From: Bugula neritina
Taxonomy: Eukaryota; Animalia; Bryozoa
Direction of reading: 5' to 3'
Assembly: GCA_964035545.1 (NCBI GenBank)
Contig: OZ037772.1
Coordinates: forward strand, 930,001-994,000
DNA: 64,000 nt
The translations under genes were made by a program, and so were the position numbers. Below the pieces are notes generated by a model that worked only from the letters and a program-made list of their open reading frames with translations, ran no database searches and was not told where the DNA came from. Shown piece after piece: positions 26,476 through 40,589 of the stretch (positions are counted from its first letter, which is position 1; each line of letters starts with the position of its first letter).

Positions 26476-29207
26476 ATGCAAGATCAGTAAGGGGGAAAAT
26501 ATCGGAGACTCAAACCCTATCCGTTGAATACAATATCATTTGTATTACTGAAACACACCTAGATAATGCATTTTTGAATTCTCAACTGTTTTCTCCCAAG
26601 GATAAAGTAGTATATAGAAAAAACCGTGACTCACACGGAGGTGGTGTATTGATTGCCATAAATGTAGGAATTCCCCATAAGCTAATCAGGTGTGAAACAG
26701 AAGCAGAAGTAATCACAGTATGTTTTAGATGGGATAGCAAGGAATATTGCAATCTTACTTGCTATTATAGACCCCCTTCTTCACGTGTTATGAACTTATT
26801 CTTTGAGTACATGGAAAATATTCACACTAAATACTCATAACTGGTGAATTTAACCTTCCAGGAATCAATTAAGGAAAATACTGGTCTTTCAACTTGTTGG
26901 AGGATATACTATACTGACTTTTGTGATTTTCTAACTGATAATCATTTTGAACAACTTGTTCATAAATATACGCACGTAGCAGGCAATATATTAGATCTCA
27001 TCTGTACTGACTTGTCATATAAAGTTTAAAGCACAAATATAATAACACCGGGTATTAGCGACCATTCCATGATAGAAACGGTCTTGACTGGTAAAGTTGA
27101 ACAGAAGAAGAAACCACCTATCCCCCCCCCCCATCAAGCTATTTCACAAAATCGAGTTTCGAACTCGGCGGGTTTACAGCTGGTCTAGACGAGTTGCTTT
27201 ATACTATTAAAAACAAAGTGATGCTGAAATATGATATTAATGTTATATGGAATACATTTCAGACTGAATTACATATACTTGTTGATTCATATGTCCCAAT
27301 TAAACAACGTAAGCCTATAAATCTACATGAGCCTTTCTGGTTTAAAGATGAAGCCAGACGGGCATGTTAGAAACAGCGAAAGTTCTACAACCGCTTTCAC
27401 AAGTCTGGTGATACTGATCACTTGGCTAAATATAAAGAGTTACGTCGCCATAATGAAAAATTATTTAGGAAGCTAAAAGCATCTTTTCTGGTGAATCGTC
27501 TATACCAACCTCTTTCCAGTGGCTACACAAAACTGTTTTACAAATATGTTAAAGACCTAAAAGGGAATGATAATGAGATTACTTCCATAGAAAATAACGA
27601 TGCTATTTTGATGCACAATAAAACTAAGATATCTAACACTCTGAATGGGTTTTTCTACAGTGTGATTACCACCTTTACCAGAATTACCATCAGTCACTGA
27701 GAAGGATAATATAGTGGTAACTAAAGAAGGAGCTTTAAACCTGCTGAGACAACTTGTGCAAGGTAAAGCTCCTGGAGTAGATGAATTCACAAAGAACTAT
27801 CTCACAGTAGACTTGGATCGAACAGCAGAAATACTGGTGTGTATTTTCAATCATTCACTCAGTACAGGAATAGTGCCGGATGACTGGAAGACTGCAAATG
27901 TAACACCTGTGTTTAAACAGGGTAACCGCACTCTAGCTTCCAACTATTGACCAGTATCACTAACGTGCATTTGTTGTAAAATTCTTGAACATGTGGTTCT
28001 GCATCATTTAAACATACAATTGGAAAATTTCATACATGAAAGCCAACATGGTTTTCGCCGCAACTTTTTATGTGTAACTCAGCTTGCTACTGTCAACCAT
28101 GATATATTAAGGCATATAGATAAAGGACATTTTGTAGATGCAGTTGTGCTGGATTTTTCTAAAGCCTTTGATGTAATTGACCATCATATTCTTGTAAGCA
28201 AAATGATATTGTTAAAAAAATAAACCCCTGTATTATCTGATAAGTTTCATCATTTTTAACTGGACGCTCACAATGAGTGGTCATTGATGGGGTATCTTCG
28301 GATTTAACACCAGTGACTTCCGGGGTTCCACAAGGAAGTGTGCTGGGTCCAACATTATTCGTTTTGTTTATTAATGACATTGTAAACTGCGTTACACACA
28401 GTACAATCAGACTTTTTGCTCATGACACTTTTGTCTATCTGCCCATTACTGATGCAAATGACCATCATAAACTACAGGGAGATCTCTAGACTTTATAGGT
28501 GGGCAAAAGAAAACAATATGAAGTTTAACTCAAAGAAAAGTAATGTCATCACCTTTGGTAAGAAAACAGAAAATATGGAAAATGTCTTCACTTATAAATT
28601 AGGAAAAGATCCCCTGAATAGAGTTGGAGTTGTAAAATACCTTGGGATATTGCTATCAGCAGACTTGAAATGGAATAAGCATGTCGAAAACGCCATATCA
28701 AAGGCATACAGAGTATTAGGATTAATCAAACTCACACTAGGAAATGCCCTAGAAAATGTAATAAGTCTTGCATAAAATTTATAAGTCTTGCATAAAAAAA
28801 CTTTTGGTAGACCTCTCCTGGAATATGTTGCGGAAGTATAGGACCCGACCAATTAACATCTAATAACAAAATTAGAAGTTACTCAAAATAGGGCTATACG
28901 GTTAATTAAAAATTTAAAGGGTAGAGAAGTATTGATAACAGCTGCCAAATTTGACCAAGGCCTGGAAACATTAAGAAATCGCAGACAATCACAAAGAATT
29001 TCTTTGTTTTGTCGCATTACTGCTAATGATGATTTATTTCCAACCTTAAATAACACACTTAAATCAATGAAATCCTCAACCCATGACATGAATACCCGTA
29101 TTAAGACTTTCAATGCTATAGCCTGCGATTGGAGCCTGTACCTGCAGGGTTTCCTGGTGCGCACTGTCCGGGAGCTCCATACGGGGGAGATAGTAGCGGA
29201 TTTCTGA
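26458..29207 (+). pseudogene. LINE ORF2 (APE endonuclease + reverse transcriptase), disrupted
   Basis: SVNARS, ICITETHL, GGGVLI, YRPP, GNILDL, SDH, KAPGVD, WKTANVTPVFKQG, QHGFR, LDFSKAFD, SGVPQGSVLGP, LFAHD, KYLGI; many stops and frameshifts. Confidence 0.92.
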
Positions 29208-30019
29208 GCCTGGATAGATCCGAGAATCCCACAATTACTTTCTCCGAGAGGTCTTGGGACTTAACCCAATCAAGATCAAGATAACATTAACTAAAAGTTC
29301 ACTGTGATTGTGTAGATATCTTGATGTGTTTATCATGATTATCAATATCACTCGTTATTCATTATCATTGTGATTATCATTTAAGTTTAAGTGATTTACT
29401 TTTAGTTTTAGTTCAACACTTACAGTGAATGGGACTCAGACTGCAAATCAAATTTAAATTATTCATATTGACGTTGCAGTTTAATTTTATTTTGAAACTT
29501 GAAAATTAAAATTAATTTTAGTTTGTTCAAACAATTAAAATTATATTAATTATTGTAATGATCATAATCATAGTCATAACGTTAACTCATATTGCAATAG
29601 ACATTGATAGTAATACTAAACTTTGGTCTTTTGCTTTTCAAACTTGCAGGTAGAAACAATTTTAAATGAGTATTAGTATGTTGAATACTGGTGATCATAT
29701 GGGCAAAATGATGATAGTTCTTACTTGCAATTCATTTGTTTGTTTGATTATGAATTTGTATGTTCAGTAAATTTTATGTATTTCTAGGTATTGCATACTC
29801 TAGCAATAATAACTTTTATTCTGTAAATGGATGTATAATAATGTTAAGGTGACTATAGTTTTATATGATTGTCTATAAAATACTCTTTTAGCATTAGTAT
29901 TCTTGATGTATCATTAGTGTTACTAAAAACAATGTTTAGGCTTAAAATCAATACTATTGTCATAATTCAAATTTATTTGTTGTGTTTGTTTTTCGAAATT
30001 TTGTTAGTTCTGAAACCAG

Positions 30020-30435
30020 GACCAACCACTACTACTACTACTACTACCACCACTACTACTACTACTACTGCTACTACTACTACTACTACTACTACTACTC
30101 CCACTACTACTACTACTACTACCACTACTACAACCACTACTACTACCACTACTACTACTACTCCCACTACTACTACTACTACTACCACTACTACAACCAC
30201 TACTACTACCGCTACTACTACTACTACCACTACTACTACCACTACTACTACTACTACTACCACTACTACTACTACCACTACTACTACTCCTTCAACTACT
30301 ACTACTACAGCTGCTACTACTACTAATACTACTACTACTACTACTATGGCTGCTACTACTACTACTACTACCACTACCACCGCCCCCACCACCACCCGCT
30401 GCTACTCCAACTGCCGAACCAACAACAACTAAAAT
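30020..30435 (+). repeat. (ACT/ACC)n tract, probably a Thr-rich mucin-like exon
   Basis: Begins after ccag (G-P-T-T...). Interruptions are Pro/Ala/Ser/Asn codons in the Thr frame. Confidence 0.6.
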
Positions 30436-30869
30436 GTTTGTCAATTCCAGAACCCTCGACTTCAGTATGAAATTCCCATAACTTGGTGGCCATGTTGCAA
30501 TTTAGAGTAACTATAACTTTGAGATTGTAAGCTAAAATCTACACAATATGTTCTTTAAAATTGTACTCTGCTTGTCACCAATTTCAATATTAACTAATTA
30601 TTTGTTTTCTTAACTTAACTTCCAGAATTTTCTTCTAACCTATCCAATCTATAGTATAACACTAAATCCTCACTTCCTTTCTATATAACCCTAGATTATA
30701 TTAGCTCAGTATAAATTTGTAGGCTCAGTTCCTTGGAATATAGTGTTTTATGGTTAATTCAACTTAGCATGTAATGCACCGTCTGCTAATTTTTAGATAT
30801 GCGAGACATTTTTAGAGGTGTGAGCTATGATCAAAAAGTCAATCTTTTTTTACTTTGTTCTCTGCTATT

Positions 30870-31080
30870 CTTTCACCATATTCTACACTATTTTACCTTA
30901 TTCTTGCACACCATTTTTTACATTACATTACATTCTTATTTGTTACACCACATTCTACCTTATTCTACATTATTCTTGCACCATATTCTACCTTATCTTC
31001 ACACCATATTCTACCTTATTCTTACACCATATTCTACCTTATTCTTACACCATATTCTACATTATTCTTACACCATATTT
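30870..31080. repeat. ~23-bp tandem repeat (CACCATATTCTACCTTATTCTTA)
   Basis: Direct observation. Confidence 0.85.
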
Positions 31081-31286
31081 TATTCAAGTGTTGGATGCTT
31101 GGGGAAAGCCACCGACCGGATTTTATGGGTTTTTAGTGTATAAGTGCTTTCTGACTCTCATAAGTTTGTATAATACAAGAACCCAGGAGAATCACTGAAT
31201 TGGTATAACATAGAGATATGTTCATCAGAAATGTACATGGTGTAGCAGTGCAGCCCAATGAAGTCATTCTAGAAAATTAAATGATG

Positions 31287-31452
31287 TTCTTTTAGACATT
31301 GCTCTGTAGAACTCAGACTGAGCATGTGACATCCAGGTTCCGAGTGTATTACCATAAGTGGTGGAGAGGAAGGAGGTTGTTGGTGTACAGGGGGTACTCA
31401 CTACTACAACCGAGCTTGTGTACCTGACATGACTAGTAAGTGTGTATCTACA
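31287..31452 (+). repeat. Internally deleted tandem duplicate of 31590-31950
   Basis: Joins a copy of 31592-31640 directly to a copy of 31830-31950, including the splice donor. Confidence 0.85.
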
Positions 31453-31936
31453 GACAAGCAGAGTGACAGATGAACTGACTGACTGACTGACTGACTGACT
31501 GACTGACTGACTCACTGACTCACTGACTGGCTGACTCACTGACTGACTGACAGATAAACAGATAAGCAGATAAACAGATAGGTAAATAATGCTCCTTTAG
31601 ACATTGCTCTGCAGAAGTCAGAGTGAGCATGTGACATCCATTCTAATAATAGACAGGATGTTCAGGGGCAGACAACTTTCACATTATCATTGCAGGGTCC
31701 TCGGGTCTGTGTCTGTACGGGAAGTGCCGGGTGATCTACGATAATAATGGTGATCTCAAGGTCATGCCCAAACCACACAGGTGTTCTGTGTCAAATGGGG
31801 CGTCGGACTGCGCCGGCAACTCCGGCATACCAGGTTCCCAGTGTGTTACCATCAGTGGTGGAGAGGAAGGAGGTTGTTGGTGTACAGGGGGTACTCACTA
31901 CTACAACCGAGCTTGTGTACCTGACATGACTAGTAA

Positions 31937-32400
31937 GTGTGTATCTACAGTGTGTATCTGCAGTGTGTATCTACAGTGTATATCTACAGTGTGTATCTAG
32001 TGTGTGTCTACAGTGTATGTCTACAGTGTATATCTACAGTATATATCTACACTGTATATCTACAATGTGTATCTGCAGTGTATATCTACAGTGTATATCT
32101 ACAGTGTATATCTACAGTGTGTATCTACAGTGTATATCCATAGTGTGTATCTACAGTGTATATCTACAGTGTGTATATACAGTATATATCTACAGTGTAT
32201 ATCTACAGTGTGTATCTACAGTGCATATCTACAGGGTATATCTACAGTGTATATCTACAGTGTATATCTACAGTGTGTATCTACAGTGTGTATCTACAGT
32301 GTGTATCTACAGTGTGTATCTACAGTGTGTATCTACAGTGTATATCTACAGTGTGTATCTATAGTGTGTATCTACAGTGTGTATCTACAGTGTATATCAG
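31937..32400. repeat. 14-bp minisatellite (TGTGTATCTACAG-type units)
   Basis: Intronic; starts at the donor of the Cys-rich exon. Confidence 0.95.
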
Positions 32401-33949
32401 TGTGTCTCCTCTGAAATATTTGGAAGTATCGCTTGAGTTTCACGTTTTCTTGTATTACCGGGTAACTACTTGTATTATCGGTTGGCAATGCCTACTTGTA
32501 TTATACTTTAATCTTGTTTTGCAGAGGACAGAAAGGGAGACTCGGTCCCAAAGGACATCCAGGATCTTACCGAACTTATGGAGAGGAAGGGTTCACCCGG
32601 TGTTGATGGCCTGCCTGGTATATCCGGCAATCCCGGAGGTGCAGGAGAAAGGAGACCACCTGGTTTCCCAGGAGATACCGGACTTTTTGGACAACCAGGT
32701 AATGTTTATGCTCAATTGAGTTTAATCTGTCAAGTTATGTTTGGATATTTTTCATTTTCGTTATTTTCTATTTCATGTTTGTTACGTGGAAAGGGAGAAA
32801 ACTCTGTCTCGGAGCATTTTTGTTTCTTCAGAAAACTTTGGATTATTTTATTCTGGTCTACACAGGGGTGTAGACAGAATAAAAACACAGGGGTGTAGAC
32901 AGAACAAACTACACAGGGGTGTAGACAGACTAAACTACACAGGGCTGTAGACAGACTAGACTAACCAGTAGTGTAGATAAACTAAACCTACTACGAACGT
33001 ATAACTACCCTGCGTCATGCTGACATGACATCTCTATTCTCTCCTATAATTTGACTTTTATTTAGCGAGCAGATTTCAAGTGGGCTTTTCTATAGTGGCC
33101 AGCCACACTGTTTATTGTAGCAACATAGAAATCAAGTTAAAAACTAGTTGCACCTGTTGTGATGCTATCAATGGGTGCTTACAGGTAGAGACGGAGCACT
33201 TGGACCACAGGGTTCATGAGGTGTTGAAGGACAAGATGGCTCTGACGTTGCGCCTGGTGCCCTTGGAACTCAAGGAGAACCCGGGCCTGTTGGTAAATAC
33301 TAAATGCTACTCTTTGTATAACACAGGCTGTATTTGACATGAGTTTCCCATCTTAGCAACTCATCACTTCGCGTTTAACATTTCTACTCTCAGATACAAT
33401 CTTGTTGTACAGGTAAACCTGGCGAAGATGGATTCGGCGGAGAACCCTGACCTAAAGGCGCTGCTGGAGCTGCTGGTGAACCTGGTCCAGCTGGACCTCC
33501 AGGTCCTACTGGATTCCCTGGTCCACGAGGAAACACTGGCCCAGTTGGTCAACCAGGAGATGTTGGCCCTGTCAGCTTGAAGGGTGCTCGTGGAGAGGCT
33601 GGACCTAAAGGCCCAAGAGGTCCGTTCAGCTTATGTATACAAAGTTCATATACATGACTCTTCTATTAACTGCTATTAACTCAGTAGGTTTTCATTCCAA
33701 ACATTATAAACTGAGAATGTGACAAAAAGTGACCAACTATTACAGGACCAGCTGGTACTGACGGCTTTAGCGGAGAACGTGGACCTAAAGGAGAACCGGT
33801 GCAACTGGAGTTACTGGACCACCTGGTCTGCCCGGACCTGCTGTCTTGATGGAAAGCCTGGTTCACCAATTGTTGATGGAAAACCAGGACCAATGGGTAT
33901 TCTAATCATTTGTTGTTATTGATCTGTATATTGCTGAATTACCTTACCT

Positions 33950-34818
33950 ACTGCTACCACCTTACCTTCTGCTACCATCTTATCTTCTGCTACCATCTTA
34001 TCTTCTGCTACCATCTTATCCTCTGCTACCATCTTATCTTCTGCTACCATCTCATCTTCTGCTACCATCTTACCTTCTGCTACCATCTTACCTTCTGCTA
34101 CCACCTTATTTTCTGCTACCATCTTATCTTCTGCTACCATCTTATCTTCTGCTACCACCTTACCTTCTGCTACCATCTTATCTTCTGCTACCATCTTTTC
34201 TTCTTCTACCACCTTATCTTCTGCTACCATCTTATCTTCTGCTACCATCTTATCTTCTGCTACCATCTTACCTTCTGCTACCATCTTATCTTCTGCTACC
34301 ATCTTATCTTCTGCTACCATCTTATCCTCTGCTACCACCTTATCTTCTGCTACCACCTTACCTTCTGCTACCATCTTATCTTCTGCTACCACCTTACCTT
34401 CTGCTACCATCTTATCTTCTGCTACCATCTTTTCTTCTTCTACCACCTTATCTTCTGCTACCATCTTATCTTCTGCTACCATCTTATCTTCTGCTACCAT
34501 CTTACCTTCTGCTACCATCTTATCTTCTGCTACCATCTTATCTTCTGCTACCATCTTATCCTCTGCTACCACCTTATCTTCTGCTACCACCTTACCTTCT
34601 GCTACCATCTTATCTTCTGCTACCATCTTATCTTCTGCTACCATCTTATCCTCTGCTACCACCTTATCTTCTGCTACCACCTTATCTTCTGCTACCATCT
34701 TACCTTCTGCTACCATCTTACCTTCTGCTACCATCTTATCTTCTGCTACCATCTTATCCTCTGCTACCACCTTATCTTCTGCTACCACCTTACCTTCTGC
34801 TACCATCTTACCTTCTGC
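33950..34818. repeat. 18-bp minisatellite (CTTATCTTCTGCTACCAT)n
   Basis: About 48 units in a collagen intron. Confidence 0.95.
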
Positions 34819-35635
34819 AGCGTCCTGTGTTAAATTAGTAACATCTAACATTTTTATTGCAAGTAAGTCACAAAAAATACATTCAAATTATTAATTTACA
34901 TTCATCGTGTAAACGCTTTGAATAAACTTCCGTCAGTTTATAATCACTGTCCCTGTGAGAACCCCTGATTGAAAGGTGGTTAAAGTCGGCTGGGGACTAT
35001 TTTGTAATGTGCCACAGGAGCAGTTATGACTGGGTGCTCTTCCCAACATCTTTGCTGGTGTTTTGACTCAACCTACTGCCCTCATGTTTCTTCCGTCAGC
35101 ACTCTAGCTACTACACCATGCCTGATTCCTGGAAACTCTGAATATGACTTAAATTTTGAGTTGGAAAATATTGCTAATTTGATTTAAAATGTTTATTATT
35201 GTTATTGTAGTCTTACAATCGGCCATTTTGTAGATTCACTCACTCCCATGTAGTCCTGTCACTCTATCCTCCATTTACAATTTCTCTATTCACTCTTTCA
35301 GATGTTTTATAAGAATATTTGTTGTACATTTAATATGTTGTGTTGCATTTGATTACCTTTTATAAATGATCTCTGAACATAGTTAATATTGTTGAGCTAC
35401 TATCCTCGCAGGTGCCATCGGTTTGGACGGACCTCAGGTAAACAGGGTGAGCGCGGGCGTTAGAGGGGAAATGGGCTTAGAAGGCAGAGTGGGACCTGAA
35501 GGCAAGCAGGTAGTGACCTCTGGGGACCTCTAGTCATGACCTCTATAACTTTTGGCCATGGACCTTTTTTAGTGTAACTCCACTAGCAAAATATATTCTC
35601 TAGAAGAGCGTAGAACATTTGTTCACAATATAATA

Positions 35636-35975
35636 TAAATATATCTATATAGATATTATCATATATCTATTTAGATATATGATAATATCTATATAGATAT
35701 TATCATATATCTATATAGATATTATCATATATCTATATAGATGTTATCATATATCTATATAGATATAGATATATGATAATATCTGTATAAATATTAACAT
35801 ATATCTATGTAGATATATGGCGTTTCCCAATTATCTAACTTCTCTTCTAGTCCACATTCACTTAACCATAATATGCTGTAAGCAATACCCTTCCTGATAA
35901 CATAGAAAATACCCTCTGATAACATAGAAAGTACCCCCTAATAACATAGAAAGTACCCTCTGATAACATAGAAAC
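35636..35975. repeat. Palindromic ATATCTATATAGATAT units followed by a 22-bp repeat (ATAACATAGAAAGTACCCTCTG)
   Basis: Direct observation. Confidence 0.8.
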
Positions 35976-38900
35976 TTTAAATTTTCTGAATTTTGTAATT
36001 ATTTTTCTATTTTCTCATTTCCTATTGCGCAACATAAAGTTGTGTGCCCTCTTTATTCCATGTTAAAAGACTTCATAAAATCACCACATGCAATATTTGA
36101 GTTGAAGTTTTACTTTTACAGGGAGAGCGTGGACCAGATGGAGACCAAGGTCCTGTTGGCCCACCTGGACCCACTGGACCAAATGGTGCTCCTAGTAAGA
36201 TCGGATTCCAGGGTAAACAAGGAGAGCAAGGTCCTGCAGGTATAAGAATGAGGAGTTTCTCACTCTTGTTTGTGTATTTTGTTCCTTTCAGGTATTCTGT
36301 AATATGCTGGGGCTTCCCTCACATCTATGATATTTTTTAAGGTTTCCCTCACAGCTAAGCTATATGTTGGGGTTTCCCTCCCACAAACGCTATATGCTGG
36401 GATTTCCCTCACAGATATTCTATATGCTGGGGTTCTCCTCACAGCTAGTCTGCACTAAGGCAGTGAGTAGGCTAAGTAATCATACTGAATCCTAGCAGTG
36501 ATTGTTACTTCAACTGACAGGATTACTATGTATGATAGTTACTCTGACTGGTTTTCATGGATAATTTTTGCCATACTGTTTGCCACATGATGCATTGTCT
36601 AAGTAAAAACAAGGAAACAAAGAAATATACCAAAAATGTTGAGAAAATTTGTGTTATGAAACCATTAAATGATCACTTGTAATGCATACTGGTGTTGCTT
36701 GGTTCATATAGGACCTGTCGGACAAGCTGGAGAACCCGATCGGCATGGCAGAAATAGAAAGACAGAAAAAACTGGACCAGCTGGTATGCCTGGTCCAACT
36801 GGCTCAAGGGGATTCACAGGAGAACCCGGATCTGATGGAAGGTATTTTTTGTGCTTTACTTCGCCCTATTCAGCTTCTTGGAACTTTTTATTTGATTTAG
36901 TTTTTATAATTTGTTGTCAATTTTTTCAGAGACGGTTTACCTGGAGTACTGGGTGCTGATGGTAGACCTGGGGAGCAGGGTGATCAAGGACCTCCTGGCC
37001 CCATGGGTCCAGTGGGAATCTCCGGTAACCAGGGACCTGAAGGTGCTCAAGGAGACAAGGGTGATAAGGCAGGAACATTCTTTATTCAGTTTTCTATTTA
37101 TTTCAGTTATCTGGTTTTCCACTAGTCAATCCTGTAGTTGTTTATTTGTTTTAGTTTATTTATGTTAATACTAGAGTTGCTTCAGTGACACCACATCATG
37201 TAATATATTACATAACAGTACAGTATAATACACCATAATATAATATGTTATACAATACAATAATATTACAGAAAATATAATTCACTAATATCTCACAGCT
37301 AAGTTGTGTCTCCTAAATATATTCATTACTATAGGGGCCAGCTGGGCCACATGGTGCTTCTGGACCAACTGGATTGTCTGGACCAGCGAGTCCACGTGGG
37401 CCAACTGGTCCTCAGGAACCCCAGGGAGCTGAGGGAGTTGCTGGCGAAATGGAACTAAAGGTATGGATTAAGTTGAACCAATCTTTGTCCTTAGTTATTG
37501 GCCATCAACAGAAGTATGGCTCTAAGAGTTTTCCTACCTGGTAAGAAGATAAGGCAACTCCTAACTCATTATAATATGAATGGTGCTGCTGTTGTAGGAC
37601 CCACTGGTTTCCAGGGACCTCAGGGATTTCCCAGATCTCCCGGTATTTATGATGCAAGGGGAGATGTCGGATCATTTGGTATTGCTGGATCACCCGGGCT
37701 ACTGGGTGCTGACGGCAAACAAGGAATAACTGGTTCTCCTGGTGTTATTGTTATTCATCTTGTTAGTTTAGTTGTAATAAACCAATAGTCTGTATTTCTA
37801 GGGTGAACAAGGGAGAGATGGGGAAATGGGTAGTCCTGGCAGTCCTGGACCTCCTGGTGAAGCCCCAGTATTTGGTTAGTTATTAGCAAAACCAAGTTAT
37901 TGTCCATTACTTGTATCTTTTTTATTTTCTTTCAACTGTGTATTGATGATCTTTTGGGAAATTCATCCATAGCTTGTGATTGAAGCTTTATTTTATTCTA
38001 CCATGGGTTATGTTAGGTGCGCCCCCTATGATGATGAGTGCAATGATGTCCAACGGTAAAGGTGTACAAGCAGATGATGCAGGCGCCAACAATGAGCTCT
38101 ATAATATGTACCTCAGTGAGTAATAGTCATGATGTGCTTTGATGTTGCCTGCTTTGTAGCAGAAAGGCTCTTTTAAATAGTGTTTTGGAACTCAAATGAA
38201 AGACTCGTTTCAAATTGTGTGTATGTTTAATTTGCAGACAAACAATGTTATAATTAACTGCTAGAAACTATTGTAATAAAAATAAAGACAGCTGTTATAA
38301 TGTGTTTCTCCTCCTAGCATTGATGATTGACATTCTTGTTTGATGAGTCACCTATTTAGTTCGTTTCTCCAGTTGAATGTTTCTACATTCTGACATATTA
38401 TATATTGTTGGTTTCATTGCTGTTAGCTTACATCACTACTTCCACCTTATTTCTCTAGAAACAAAAGTAAGGGGCAGGTCCAAAGACAGCCCTGTTAGAG
38501 ACTGTAGAGAACTCTTCACTGAGAACCCAGAGTTTAAGAGTGGAACTTATTGGGTGAGAGAAGATGCTGATATGTTTCTATTTTCTCTGCTCAGAGGAAA
38601 TCTGTATCCAAGTCTGATGACTGAAATTCTGTGAACATGTTTTATATTCTACAATTACTACTCCTGAGGTGTCAATATCATGTCATGTGAAGTTTCCACA
38701 GATATTTAATGTTTAAGAATAAGAGTTTTCCCATGAGTTGCCTGTATTATATAATTCTGTATATTTAACAGCTGAACAGGTTTTAGAAGTTTTATGTGAT
38801 GTTTGTATTGTGTTAGTGTGAAATGGAGAAGTTGTATTCTCTATTGTTTGTTGTCAGGTGGATCCAGATGGTGGCTCCATAGCTAATGCTATCCAGGCTT

Positions 38901-40227
38901 ACTGTCGCAAGGAAATGAAGAGCACTTGTATCAATGTCAAGACCTCTGAGTTCGCCACCAAATCGTACGTCACCCAGCAGCTAGATAATCAGCCATTTGT
39001 TGCTTTAAACACATGGGAACAGCACTCGTAAGTGTTTATCTTGTATCAACCATGACTTTCTCAGTATTATTTTAGAATATCCAAAAGTTTTTTTGTTGAG
39101 AATTGTCGCTATAGTAACATATTGGTTTCCTGTATGGATGTTGATAAGTGTTGCTATAGTAACATGTTGGTTTCCTGTATGGATTGTAGTTTGAGTATCT
39201 GGCAGAGTTTTCCTAACTCAACTTTCTTCAAATTCACTCTGAGAGAGCAAACCCAGACTGACAGGCAATAGTCACTGCCAACAGTTTATCAAATAGTCAC
39301 TAGTTGCTAGTCACCAGATACTAGTCCTCTACTATGTTGCTAGTCACTTGATAATCTGAACAATCACAGGCCTTTTTAAAGCTGAGCAAGTTGTTGGTAT
39401 GACTATTCCATTTGCTGATTGTAGATGTATAAACTCAGTGGCAGTAGAAGACGCATATGGTAGGAAGAATAAGTCAGTCATTTTATATACAGCTGGTGAT
39501 AAAGAATACACAGCAACAGATAGCAGGTTCCAATATTCTGTGCTGCAGGATGATTGCAAGGTATGTAAATCTGACCTATATACTGCAAATCTGACCTATA
39601 AAGTGTAAATTTAATTTATATGGTGTAATTTCGATCTGCACTTGAACATGATTGCGATAGTTGCATCTTTTTTCTGTTAATATGCAATATAGCTTGCCTT
39701 TGAGTCTTTTTAATAACTACTTATGACTTCAACCCAAAAGCCACTTTTAGTGCTGTACGAGTTTAGAGTTTTGAGTTTGCCTTCTGCCATTTTGTAGTAT
39801 GCCAAACAGAGATTGACACCAAGACCGCCACCCACTTGCCTATTATTGACATTGCTCCTGGTGACATCGGGACCACCCACAAAGAGTTTGGGGTTCAGCT
39901 AGGGAGGGTGTTATGCCTCTCCCTGTGACTTTATATATTTAGAAACTGTTGTTAATTTAGTAATTCTGTTGGTGCATTTAACAGACGCTAGTTAGACATT
40001 CCAGCATAGCAATACATAAATAATGTAAATTTCATAACAAAATCACTCAGCCATACGCAACTATCTGATGCGCGTAGCTTGCACTACGTGAAACAATATT
40101 GTAGTCAATAAAATGAATATATAAGTTTATTATTATATCCGAAATTGTATCAGTACCAAATATAAATACTCTACTTTTCAAAATATTGAGTCCTTTTGAT
40201 TAATTTTTTAATCGTAGAAACTAAACA

Positions 40228-40248
40228 TATATATATAATAAATATATA

Positions 40249-40305
<57 letters not shown>
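40228..40305. repeat. (TA)n microsatellite
   Basis: Direct observation. Confidence 0.95.
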
Positions 40306-40309
<4 letters not shown>

Positions 40310-40589
40310 TTATCCTTATGCAGCCCAGAGAGAAACTCAGTCATCATGAACTTCAATGTAAATAATTTTAATATAAAATAATACATATTATGATATAATA
40401 TAATATTATATTACTCTTTCGGGATAATTATTCTATTTATACTAACACCTGTTTATTTGAAGTAATTTAATAAGTTTTACTTTAAATTTATTTCTCAAAC
40501 CAGCATGTCAGTTAAATATAAAAGTACAATCACACATACAACATGTAGACATGTAGTGATATACATTATAATGCATATCATGTTGGTGA

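Larger units (their letters stand above)
24770..29282 (+). mobile_element. Near full-length degenerate CR1/L2-group LINE
   Basis: 5'UTR (start approximate), PHD-containing ORF1, APE+RT ORF2, and a 3' tail of short repeats (ATCAAG)x2. Confidence 0.9.
30020..39928 (+). pseudogene. Fibrillar collagen (Gly-X-Y + COLFI C-propeptide), pseudogenised
   Basis: Cys-rich exon 31696-31932. Eleven Gly-X-Y exons: 32525-32698, 33185-33292, 33413-33619, 33746-33896, 35412-35509, 36122-36239, 36712-36841, 36930-37068, 37335-37460, 37598-37749, 37802-37874. Telopeptide KGVQADD at 38017-38115. COLFI exons: 38459-38553 (GRSKDSPVRDCREL..SGTYW), 38858-39027 (VDPDGG..AIQAYC..STCI), 39190-~39263, 39425-39560 (CINSVA..QDDCK), 39798-39928 (LPIIDIAPGDIG..EFGVQLGRV). 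Stops at 33217, 33448 and 39214, plus frameshifts. The 5' boundary is uncertain. Confidence 0.88.

Noticed and set aside
33910-34851. 307/311-aa ORFs on both strands
   Set aside because: By-products of a stop-free 18-bp minisatellite inside a collagen intron.
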